A stretch of 64,000 nt of DNA, from positions 111,538,001 through 111,602,000 of the forward strand of contig OZ024740.1 of NCBI GenBank assembly GCA_964016885.1. The letters are read 5' to 3'. Below are positions 13,295 through 24,479 of the stretch, piece by piece. The translations under genes and the position numbers were made by a program. This DNA comes from Eledone cirrhosa (lineage: Eukaryota). The notes under the pieces are model-generated. The model did not search any database. It was given only the letters and a program-made list of their open reading frames with translations, and was not told the DNA's origin. Every line of letters begins with the position of its first letter. Positions within the stretch are counted from its first letter, which is position 1.

Positions 13295-14443
13295 ATGTTT
13301 CCTGCTTTCGGGGGTGGATTGTATCGTGATGATGGGCTCCTTACCCTTAAAGGGTACAACCCCAGTAGTACAGATCGGGTCCGTAAACAATTAATCAGCT
13401 TCTTCCGCGACTGGGGATTTAAAATAACCCTACAAACGTCCCTGACCCGTGTTAATTTCCTGGACGTTACCCTCGATCTCAATAATGACCTGTACTACCC
13501 ATACAGGAAACCCAATGACAACCTGCACTACATCCACCGCCGATCTAACCTTCCTAGGAACATCACCAACAACCGGGTCAAAAACATCTCCCTCCGCATA
13601 TCCCGTTTGTCAGCTAATGAGAAGATATTCGATGAACATGCGCCTTACTACAACCAGGCCCTCAAGCGGAGTGGTTTCCGGGAGGAAATATCCTACTGTC
13701 CAGCTCCCATTAGCGGAACCAGCAGGCGACACCGCCGCTCACGCAATGTAACATGGTTCAATCCTCCCCACAACGCCGAGGTGACAACTCCCATCGGGAA
13801 AATTTTCTTTAGGCTCATTGAAAAACACTTCCCACCACAACACCGCTACCACAACATAATTAACAAAAATACCACCAAACTCTCTTACAGCACTACACCT
13901 AACTTCGCACAAAACATCGTCTCCTCCAACAACAAAAAACCCAACCTCGATGGAAGAAACAACCTAAATAGCAGTGGAGAGCCGACCAGGAGGTGCAACT
14001 GTCCTGATAGATCCAGTTGCCCCCTCGACAACAGATGCAGAGACCGTAATGTGATCTACCAGTGCAACGTGAGCACGGACACCTCCAAAAAAGCTTATAT
14101 AGGATTAACCGCATGTGACTTCAAGACCCGGCTATACCAATACAGAGATACCTTCCGAAACCCGGCTCGGCGTCACGCCACTACACTTTCGCGCCACATA
14201 TGGGACCTCAAGGACAACAACATCAACTATGATCTCACTTGGAAATTACTGTCCAGAGCCAACTCTTACACGGGAGGACGCCGTCCGTGCAATTTATGCT
14301 CGGAGGAAACTTTACAAATGCTGTTTTCAACGGACCAACTCCTAAACAAGAAAGATGAACTGGTTACTGCATGTAAACACCAATTACGTAAGACTTACCT
14401 CGCCTTCAAACCCCATAATGACCCGGGGGGGGGGGGGGGGTAG
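13295..14443 (+). CDS. Truncated PLE reverse transcriptase/GIY-YIG endonuclease
   Basis: 382-aa open frame with RT motifs C-E and GIY-YIG. RT motif A and the N-terminus are missing. Confidence 0.85.
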   Translation: MFPAFGGGLYRDDGLLTLKGYNPSSTDRVRKQLISFFRDWGFKITLQTSLTRVNFLDVTLDLNNDLYYPYRKPNDNLHYIHRRSNLPRNITNNRVKNISLRISRLSANEKIFDEHAPYYNQALKRSGFREEISYCPAPISGTSRRHRRSRNVTWFNPPHNAEVTTPIGKIFFRLIEKHFPPQHRYHNIINKNTTKLSYSTTPNFAQNIVSSNNKKPNLDGRNNLNSSGEPTRRCNCPDRSSCPLDNRCRDRNVIYQCNVSTDTSKKAYIGLTACDFKTRLYQYRDTFRNPARRHATTLSRHIWDLKDNNINYDLTWKLLSRANSYTGGRRPCNLCSEETLQMLFSTDQLLNKKDELVTACKHQLRKTYLAFKPHNDPGGGGG

Positions 14444-15643
14444 ACTAGGGCTATAACACCCCACTTGCCTATTTTGTAATGGGTAACCCCTGCTTGCCAA
14501 TGGAGACGTAAGATCTTCTTTTACATTCTTTTATCGCTTCCTCTATATTTCCTCCTTCCCCCCATCCCCCCTAGTCCTTCTACCCCAGTTCCTTTTCTTT
14601 GTCGTCGTCTTTTTCTCGCCCACCCGAGGTAGCCCCTCGGTCCCTTGTAGCTGCAGCACCCCCACCCCTCTCCCCTATTCTATGATAGATTTGGCTGACT
14701 CCGCTCTTTATAGCAGAGGTGTTAGACTTCGAATACTTGCCACCTTCTCCGACCGCTGTCCCTTTTTTCCGTGCCTTCTATATTTCTTAGTGGCATCTTT
14801 GCTTTAATTTCTCGTTTATCCAGTATTTCTTTCTTCTTTTTCCCTTTTTTGGGGGGGTAGGGGTGGGGGGGGGGGGGGGGGGGGGTTCTGTATTAATTTT
14901 CCGTTCTTTACTTTTACTTCGTACGATCTTTCATGTAGCTTGTATAAGACTTTTTGTTTCGTGGCGGTACCCTTAGAGTTAGCACTAGTATTTTTTTGCG
15001 GGACCCCGAATTATATTCTCGTACTAGTTTATTTTCTTGCATTGGGTGGTTGCTGGCCCTGTGATTGGGGTAGAAACCTTTATTATTTCGTGGTAGTCTC
15101 TTTAGTATTTTGCCCCTCCCCCCTCTTTGTTGACCCGTCACCGTACGATACACGCACTTATACCTCGTATAAGGGTCCCTTTATTTCCGTCTCACCTAGT
15201 TTATTTTTATTATTATTATTTATTTTTTTATTCTTCATTATATATATATATATTTTTTTTTAAATTCATTTATCTATTCTTTTATTCACTTATTTGCTTA
15301 TTTATTTATTTATGTATTTCTTTAGCCTAGCAATAGCGAGAAACTTAAGTCTTAGTAACCAGACTTTGCTTTTTATTTTTCTCTCTCAGTACTTTTTATT
15401 ATTTTACCCTTCATTGTTCTGCTTACCGTTTCGTCTTCCTCCCCCTCCCCCTCCCCAGTATCCTCTTTGACCTCACGCCCAGCTGTAGCCGGCACTACCA
15501 ACGGATGAATGGGTCTACTCCAACCCCTCTCCCTACCGGCAGGTTTAGCTACCTCTTCCCCCACCAATTTGCCATCACAGATTTACTACTAACTTGTGAT
15601 GTGACCAATCCTGGTGATTATCTCTTTGACCATATATGGAATT

Positions 15644-15737
15644 ACCCCTTGATAAGCTCGGCTATTTAAATACCAGAATAAATTTTCATTCAGTCCAGAA
15701 TTAGCCGTCGAAACGGCTTGAGCTCAGCCGTCGGGGT
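15644..15737 (+). ncRNA. Type I hammerhead with U3-A8 core (TTGATAA)
   Basis: acccc-TTGATAA-gctCGGCTA..TAGCCGtc-GAAA-CGGCT tgagctc AGCCG-TC-ggggt. Confidence 0.8.
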
Positions 15738-15750
15738 CTTACTTGTTCCT

Positions 15751-15841
15751 ATGATAGCGTACCAAAATTTTTGGTACCCTTGAAATATATATAATTGAAT
15801 AAATATGGTTTTATATATATAGTTTCCATTTATTTAATATC

Positions 15842-15888
<47 letters not shown>

Positions 15889-16200
15889 ATATTAAATAAA
15901 TGGAAACTATATATATAAAACCATATTTATTCAATTATATATATTTCAAGGGTACCAAAAATTTTGGTACGCTATCATCAGATAAAATACAAAATGTTTT
16001 ATAAATATTTGACATGACCAAGGATTATATACGTTAACGGTTCAAGTTATCCCTTTAATATCAATTAAATACTTACTCCAGAAATCTGTCGAGTGCTTGG
16101 AATCAGTTGAAACCATCTATATTTGTTGGATTTCCAACAAATTAAATATCTCTTATACATATATATATATATATATAAAAAAAGAGAAATAGGATTTTGC
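15751..16200. repeat. Fold-back copy of the 61.6-63.1 kb HHR family around (TA)n
   Basis: 15751-15843 is inverted at 15886-15981. The minus arm has CTGATGA-tagcgtaccaa..ttggtaccctt-GAAA-tatata-TA. Confidence 0.75.
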
Positions 16201-16221
16201 TTCAAGCATAGCTTTATACAA

Positions 16222-16718
16222 TATGTATAAATATTTCGTATCTCCAAAGAAATACGGTTTTAGGAAGCCGTAACTATGCAAACAGCGGGGGGCTGACGCC
16301 CTCTGGTGATGTCCAACAGAAGCAAGGGGGACAACTGTCTATGTATTTGAGTCTTAACTGGCCTTCGTCAGGACGGTCCCTCCCACCGCTTGCGACTGCT
16401 GGACTAGAAGACAGGCGAGAATTTATACTTTTCTTGTCTGTGTAAAGTTGAGCCAACTTATGCAGCTTCATATGCAAATGAGATTAATCACCTCATTTAT
16501 ACAGACGAGAAAAGTATATATGCTCGCCTGTCTTCTAGTCCAGCAGTCGCAAGCGGTGGGAGGGACCGTCCTAACGAAGGCCAGTTAAGCCTCAAATGCA
16601 TAGACGGTTGTCCCCCTTGCTTCTGCTGGACATCACCAGGGGCATTAGCCCCCCGGTGTTTGCATAGCTACGGCTTGCTAAAACCGTATTTCTTTGGAAA
16701 TACGAAATATTTATACAT
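16222..16718. repeat. Inverted repeat with about 200-bp GC-richer arms, decayed HHR-like motif and central octamer
   Basis: 16222-16419 is the reverse complement of 16523-16718. Motif CTGACGA-aggcc..ggctt..AAAA-ccgtatttc/gagatacg. ATGCAAAT at 16472. Confidence 0.75.
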
Positions 16719-16747
16719 ACACATATATATATATATATATATATACG

Positions 16748-16779
<32 letters not shown>

Positions 16780-16796
16780 ATATATATATATATATA

Positions 16797-16887
<91 letters not shown>

Positions 16888-16898
16888 CTATATATTCT

Positions 16899-18500
16899 TA
16901 TTGCCAATAAGAAACACACGCACCAGTTGCTTCACTTCAATTTATTATAAATTAAATTTATAAATTTATAAAATTCCGGTTGGTTGGTTGGTTAATTGGT
17001 TCCACAACCAGATGATTGTTCATATATTGTCAAAGTTCTTTCGTCACACATTCTGTAACCTCTTCAGTGACTGGGCATTCTTTTCTTTGTTTGTGTGCCC
17101 CTCCTTTGTTCTGTCCTACGCCATCTTGTTTTTGTGTGTGTGTTGTGTGCTTAGTGTGCGCATGTCTTACATCCGGGTGTCTGTGTGTGTTTATATTTGT
17201 TTATTTATTTGTTTATTTACATGTTACTGGTTGGTTGTTTGTTCTATGTGTGTGTGCGTTTTCATTTTGTCCTTAATTGTAAGTTGTGATGTTGCTGTTC
17301 CATTCATGTTCTCTATTTAATTTTGGTTGGAGTTCATTTATGTTTATTGCCTCTATGATTTGTCTAAACATTGGGTCTTTTCTTTGTGTAGATTCTATTT
17401 TTATTTCTATGTTCTCTAATTTACCCTTATGTTCTATTTTAGCATGTTGGTGGAGTACAGATGATTCTTTACTATCTTGAAGCTCTCGCCAGTGTTCATT
17501 TATCCGTTCCCATATACTACTACGATCTGTCTCACCTATGTATACTATATTCTTATCTCTACATTGTCATTTAGTACATCTGATGCTATATACTACATTT
17601 CCAGTTTTACAGTTAATATGGGGGCTTAATTTACAGATTATACATTTCTTATCTCTACAGGGAGGTCTTTGAAAAAGGTATGTATTGCTAATAAGTGTTT
17701 TTATGGAGGTACCTGGTCTTTCTACTATCTTAATATTGAGTTTATGTTTATCTAGGGCCCTTCTAAATTTGTAAGCTAATTCACCTCTAGGGGTTGTATC
17801 GATGAACATTACACTCTGGTATTTATTGCTATCATGCCATGAGTTTATTCTATTAAACTTATTCCTAGTTCTTTCTATTCTATTCCAAAATTTGCTCCTA
17901 TACAAGGGGCAGGTCCCATTTGTATCATTATTTCCCATGTTTTCCCATTTGGTTCTGGCTCCTCTATATACTCTGATTTTATCTCTCTGATTGTAACCAG
18001 AGAACTGCATACGGTGGATGAAGTGTTGTATGTGTCTCTCTAGTTCTTTGGGTTGCATATGTGGGACACGTTTCTCATCACCCGTACCAAATCCGCAATC
18101 AGTATGTTGATTTTGGTATGGTCCGAAACAGCTGAGTTTCGGTGGATCAGATATTTGGAAGTCATAGGGTTGGCATAATGGGAATGGAGGATCTGTTTTT
18201 TTTTGTTTTTAATGGTATCTAACCAGAGCTCTGTGTCTAGTACAAGTAATCGGTGGTTGGGGTATTTGCTCACACAAAAACTAGATGGCGTAGGACAGAA
18301 CAAAGGAGAGGCAGAAAAACAAAGAAAAGAATCCCCCGTCACTAAATAGGTCACAGAATGTGTGACGAAAGAACTTTGACAATATATGAACAATCATCTG
18401 GTTGTGGAACCAACCAACCAACTGGAAATTTATAAATTCCTAAATTTAAAAATTTAATTTATAATAAATTGAAGTGAAAGTAACTGGTGCGTGTGTTTCT
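16899..18500 (-). mobile_element. Truncated Penelope-like element family B with inverted pLTR (18270-18500)
   Basis: ORFs 18040-18393 and 17567-18058 (RMQFSGY, CPLYRSK, IVERPGTSIK, NVVYSIRC) are homologous to family A. 18270-18500 is an inverted copy of 16910-17135. Confidence 0.88.
17029..17071 (-). ncRNA. Minimal hammerhead in family B pLTR (also 60033-60075 -; decayed copy near 18338-18380 +)
   Basis: gtca-CTGAAGA-g-GT(T/C)ACA gaatg TGTGAC-GAAA-gaac-TT-tgac. Confidence 0.75.
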
Positions 18501-18501
18501 G

Positions 18502-19225
18502 CAGCCCAGATGCTGAATTCGAGCCCCAGGCTCTTTCTCTAGTCAGCCATTTCATCCGGAGAGGTTACCCCACTCCCTCGTCCACACCATCCTCACTCGC
18601 GCCCGTGCTGTCCACCGCTCCACCGCCCTCACCCCACGCCCCCGCACCCCTAGCCACCGTCTCCCCTTCCCTCTCACCTACCGCCACTCCACCCTACCCC
18701 TCTCCTCCACCGCACCATCCCCGCTTCTTCCGACGCCTCCAGTTCGACCCCTCGACCTCAACCATCGTCCCATCCACCCCTCCTTCAAACGCGCGTGTCA
18801 TCTCCGCTCCCTCCTCGTCCGCAGCTCCCTACACCCGAAACCACGTTCTCCCCCCCCCCCCCCCCCGGTTTCCTTCCCTGCTCCAGGCATCGCCGTACAC
18901 CTGCCACCACATCACCAACATCACCACCTTCCAAGGTCCCAACAGCCACTCCGCCTTCCGCTGCACCTCCTCCAACCCCGTCTATGGACTTCGCTGCACG
19001 AGGTGCAGCGCAACCTATGTCGGACAGACTAGAAGTCACCTGGTGGATCGGTTCACGGAGCACCTCCGGGATATTCGTATCGGCGGGAGTTGCCTCATCG
19101 ACCGCCACTTTGGCTCCCCTGGACATTCCGCCCACCACCTCACGGTTGTGGCCTGATTCAATGTCATGGGACACCCGCCACCCGCCTCACAGTCGAGCAA
19201 CACACCATCTTCACCCATACTTTCC
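18502..19225 (+). mobile_element. GC-rich decayed PLE fragment (thumb/GIY-YIG region)
   Basis: FIRRGYP, FRCTSSNPVYGLRCTRCSATYVGQTRSHLVDRFTEHLRDI. Confidence 0.8.
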
Positions 19226-19227
19226 TT

Positions 19228-19680
19228 ATGCAAATTAACGGCTGAGCAGCCTAATTTGCATATCGGGTGAGTTTAGTCGACTGGGCGCACCGAAAACGAT
19301 AAATGGAATATATGTATGTACGTATACATACATACATACTTACATTTAAGTAACTGCCGTACTAAGAGTGCGAAAGTATATACTTTCAGACGTTCAACCA
19401 TCTGGCAGGAAGGTATACGATGCTGACGATAGCTAATAAGCTTGGAACTAGTACATCGTTCCTGTGTCAGTGTTGAACAAAAAGGTGACGTGGTTGCCTA
19501 AACACTGTACGGCGTAAATCAGGCTGTTTGATTGTTTACAAACAAACAAACCGAGCATTATAATGTCCGGTAATCCGATACGTGCATATATATATATGTG
19601 TGCATGTATGTATATATATACATACTACTGTACGTCTGTATACATATATGTATGTACGTATACATACATACATACTTACA
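19228..19680. repeat. Rearranged copy of the 420-bp HHR repeat family (see 34743-35830)
   Basis: cgatg-CTGACGA-tAGCTaataAGCTt-GGAA-CTAG-TA-catcg at 19418-19458. Flanks match the 35-kb array. Confidence 0.75.
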
Positions 19681-19891
19681 TATATATATATATGCGTACA
19701 TATATAAGTGTATGTGTATGAGAGCATGTGTGTGCCTTCTTTCTTTACACAGGTTATTTTTTTCACTATTATCTTGCTATTGGTTCTGTTCCTCATATAA
19801 TTACATTCATTCACTCCGCTCCTAAATACCACCCCTCCAAACCATTTCTGCCTAACCCCTTACTCCCCTTAATCTCTCTCTCTCTTTCTTT

Positions 19892-20006
<115 letters not shown>

Positions 20007-20298
20007 TCTCTCCTTCTATTCCATTCTCTTCGTCACCCAATCCCTCATACCCCGCCATCATATCAACGTGCATACATCATTGTATTATTATTCGCTTAGC
20101 TCAGCTTAAGCTAAATTATAACAGTGTATAGCGCTGCTCTTCAACATCATTTCAATATTAACACCGGGATGAAAACATGTGAAAACTCAACCAAACAACA
20201 AACATTGAAACTAAAAAAAAAACCGATTCACCGACTTTATCCTCACCCATAAACAACTTGGTTTACTCACACATAAACATGCGCATTGTGCCATTTAT

Positions 20299-20332
<34 letters not shown>

Positions 20333-20333
<1 letters not shown>

Positions 20334-20846
20334 AGTATTAAAATATAAGTATTAATAAAATAGATGTTCTTTTGATCAATTACATTTTATTATACATATT
20401 TCGGATGTACAACAGTACGTCCTCATCAGACAAAATATAATGATACATGACATAACCTGAGATGTTAAATGGTTAAGATTTAATCAAGCTAGTACTACCT
20501 TGATTAAATCTTAACCATTTAACATCTCAGGTTATGTCATGTATCATTATATTTAGTCTGAATTGGCAGTACCGGTAGAGGGTTGGACGCCATGCTTTCT
20601 AGCATAGTTACGTTCCTTTACAGTCTGAGTTCAAATCCCGCCGAGATTAGCTTAGCCTTTGATCCTCACGGGGTCGATAAAATAAAGTACCAGTAATGTA
20701 CTGGGTATTTGCTGGCCTTATGCCTAAAGTAGAAACAATTATATTTTGTCTGATGAGGACGTACTGTTGTACATCCGAAATATGTATAATAAAATGTAAT
20801 TGTTCAAAAGAACATCTATTTTATTAATACTTATATTTTAATATTA
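20333..20846. repeat. Fold-back element with an HHR in each arm, right arm interrupted by a SINE
   Basis: 20333-20488 versus 20499-20561 plus 20738-20846. HHR CTGATGA-GGACGTAC tgtt GTACATCC-GAAA-tatg-TA at 20750-20786. Confidence 0.8.
20562..20740 (+). mobile_element. tRNA-derived SINE family 1 (other copies 33960-34068 +, 34483-34612 +, 36331-36510 -, 37815-38005 -, 38010-38193 -, 45633-45791 fold-back, 46865-47005 -, 62174-62357 -)
   Basis: A-box-like TGGCAGTACCGG, B-box GAGTTCAAATCC, conserved GCCTTTCATCCTTACGGGGTCGATAAAATAAAGTACCAG core, tail AGTAGAAACAATT, about 15-bp target duplication. Confidence 0.85.
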
Positions 20847-20942
20847 ATAACTCCTGAAAATTATTTTTTCGTTGAGTGCTTCCAATCTATTGTAAAACTC
20901 ATTCTTTGACATAATCATCGAATATTGTTTAACAACTTAATA

Positions 20943-20994
<52 letters not shown>

Positions 20995-21654
20995 AATATA
21001 TGTATGCATATATGTGTGTGTATGTGTGTGCGTGTGTGTGTATATATATATGTGTATATATATATATATATATATTTGTATACATGCATATACAAATACA
21101 TACATACATGCACACACATACACAGACACACACACATACACACACACATATATATATATATAAGAGAAAGAGAGAGAGAGAGGGGCTATTTACAAAGTCC
21201 TTTTTTATCAGTAATTTCTATTTTATTCTTAAATTTTGTTTTCATTCGACCTTATGGTTTTCTAGTTGATGTGGCCATTAGTGTTGTTGTTGCTGTTATA
21301 GTAGTAGTTGTTGTTGTTGTTGATGTTGTTGTTCTCGCAGTATTATGTAAATGCAAAGCGCTGCTAAACGGTTCCTCTTGACGAATCAAGAACACATTAT
21401 AACATCATGTCATCTGAGGCGGCGAGGTTCGAGAAGGTAAGAATGAGTGTATGGCAATAGAGGCGGCAGGTGGTGTGGAGTTTGTGTTGTTCTGTGTATG
21501 TCTCTACCGATATGTACGCCCTTGTGCATGAACACATACACATACACATATATACCCTAAACACTCATACTGACACACACACACACTATATTATATATAT
21601 ATATATAAACTTATATATAAATATATATATAATTGCACACTATATATATATATC

Positions 21655-21872
21655 GACAGTCGATCGACTTTCGTCAAATGGACACCGAGGAAACAATGTT
21701 TCCATCGGTCTTTCCAATTGCTAATACTATCTATCGGTTGCAACTCCAGGTAGAAGGAGCAACGTGAAATAAAGTGTCTTGCTCAAGGACATAACGCATC
21801 GACTGGTCTGGGAATCGAACTCACAACCTCATAATTGCGAATCCAATTATCTAACCACTCAGCCACGCGCCT
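21655..21872 (-). mobile_element. tRNA-derived SINE family 2 (second copy 54218-54425 +)
   Basis: A box TGGCTGAGTGG, B box GAGTTCGATTCC, then CCTTGAGCAAGACACTTTATTTCACGTTGCTCC (CORE/V/Meta-like central domain). Confidence 0.85.
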
Positions 21873-21951
21873 TCATATATATATATACATTTATATAATT
21901 TATATATATATATGTGTGTGTGTATATATATATTTACATACACACACACAT

Positions 21952-22057
<106 letters not shown>

Positions 22058-22617
22058 CTGTGTGTGTGTGGTGTGGGTGTGTGTGTGTGTGTGTGTCTGT
22101 GTGTGTGGGTGTGTGTGTGTGTGTGTGGGGGGGGGGGGGGTTGTATGCGTGTGTATGTCTGTGCGAATGTTTAGGATAACAAAGTACTTGAAGCATTATG
22201 AAAATGTTTTGTGTTTTCATTCTTATTACCATTATTATCGTTGCTGTTGATTATTCTATTTTTTTATTTTTCTTAAATAGTTCATTGGTCGAATGAATGA
22301 ACTTGCACGGCCGGTTGGGTTTGGTGCAGTTGTGGTTGGTTTAACATTGGTTGTTCTACGGTCGATAATTATTGGTTGAGAGTGACGAAAGTCGTAATGG
22401 AGAATACAGCTTCAATGGAGAAGTACGGAAGTACTGCAAAGGAAGAAAAGCAACCATCTCGAATGAACTGTATTGTAACGCCATGTTACATGCTTTTGTT
22501 CGCCATTTTTATGGATTAAGTACGCATATATATATATGTACGTATATGTAAATACGCATATATTACATATCTATATGCACACACACATACATATACATGC
22601 ACCCACACGCACACACT

Positions 22618-22791
<174 letters not shown>

Positions 22792-23512
22792 AGGGTTGAC
22801 GGACCCACCATATTTATCAATGCTAGGACCGGTTGTATCTCAGCGCACTCAATGGGCAATGTAAGATACATTACCAGAGCATACACATAGTTATTTGCAT
22901 GTACATATGTATGAATATATATATATATTGTTATATATATATATATATATATATATTTGTATATATGCATATACAAATACATACATACATGCACACACAT
23001 ACAGAGACAGACACACATACACACACACATATATATATATATATATAAGAGAAAAATATACCTTTTAAAATGATTAATCTCCCTTGTATATATTTCATTA
23101 AAGAAATATATTTCACCATCAATCGATGGGTAAATCACAGTAATCCAAAACGGATTTTCAACAAGGGAGATGATTTAACTATCTTTATTTACACAGCAAA
23201 TGCAAATCTGCGAATGATCAGTAGCACGTGTTGCATTTACCCGGACCCCTGAATGGTTGGTAAAATCCAGCATTTGGGTTTCTGCGACTCCCAAATCAAG
23301 TACTGTCCGCTTACACAAATGTTAGGCTTCTGGTAAGATGATTGAACAAGGAAGCCACTTTTTCAACAGGTTTTAGTTCGAGTGCTAATTTAAGGAATGA
23401 CCGTTAGATATATATATATACAAAATTAAATTAAGGCTGTCATGTCCGAGAGACATGAGCCATATCCACTGTAGAATATGCTCAAAGATTCCAATGAATA
23501 GATCCGAGCATT

Positions 23513-24442
23513 TTATATCAACTAGAAATCGATTACATATATATATATATATATCTAAAATAAACATATGAAACAATCACAGGTAATAATTTGTAAAGTG
23601 TGTAAGCACACACAGCTAGGTAGGTAACTAATTAAAGTTTAACTAGAACTTTAAATATACTTTTTAAAATGATTAATCTCCCTTGTATATATTTCATTAA
23701 AGAAATATATTTCACCATCAATCGATGGGTAAATCACAGTAATCCAAAACGGATTTTCAACAAGGGAGATGATTTAACTATCTTTATTTACACAGCAAAT
23801 GCAAATCTGCGAATGATCAGTAGCACGTGTTGCATTTTTTTTTTTTTAATACACACATCGTACCAGCGTCATCCCAATGGCGTGAATAGGATTATCGACA
23901 ACTAGAAATAGCAGCCGAGTTCTTTCAACTGAGTTAGCTCTACAATTAAGGGGCCGTAAATATATTCAAAATTAAATTAAGGGAGTCATGTCCGAGAGAC
24001 ATGACACCCTTCATTTAATTTTGGATATATATATGGCCCCTTAATTATGTTGAAAGGACTCGGCTGCTATTTCTAGTTGTCGATAATCCTATTCACGCCA
24101 TTGGAATGACGCTGGTACGATAAGTGTAAAAGAAAAAAAAAATGCAACACGTGCTACTAATCAGTCGCAGATTTGCATTTGCTGTCTAAACACAGATAGT
24201 TAATACTTCTCCCTTGTTGAAAACCCGGGGTTTGACTACTGTGGTTTACCCATCGATTGATGGTGAAATATATTTCTTTAACGAAATATATACAAGGAAG
24301 ATTAATCAATTTAAAAGGTATCTATATTTAAAGTTCTAGTTGAGCTTTAATTAGTTACCTACCTGCTTACACACTTTAAAAATGATTCCCTGTGATTGTT
24401 TCATATGTTTATTTTAGATATATATGTCAATCAATTTCTATT

Positions 24443-24448
<6 letters not shown>
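23513..24448. repeat. About 940-bp imperfect palindrome centred near 23995; part duplicated directly at 23057-23237
   Basis: Arms are colinear reverse complements with scattered differences. Central hairpin gtcatgtc-cgaga-gacatgac. Confidence 0.8.

Positions 24449-24479
<31 letters not shown>

Larger units (their letters stand above)
13236..15752 (+). mobile_element. 5'-truncated Penelope-like element (RT C-half + GIY-YIG, long 3' UTR/pLTR with HHR); same clade as the 26851-29310 element
   Basis: ORF 13295-14443: GGGLYRDD, VNFLDVTLDL, YRKPND, WFNPP, CNC..CPL..C..NVIY, YIGLT..FKTR, CNLC.EE, LLNKK. Confidence 0.92.
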
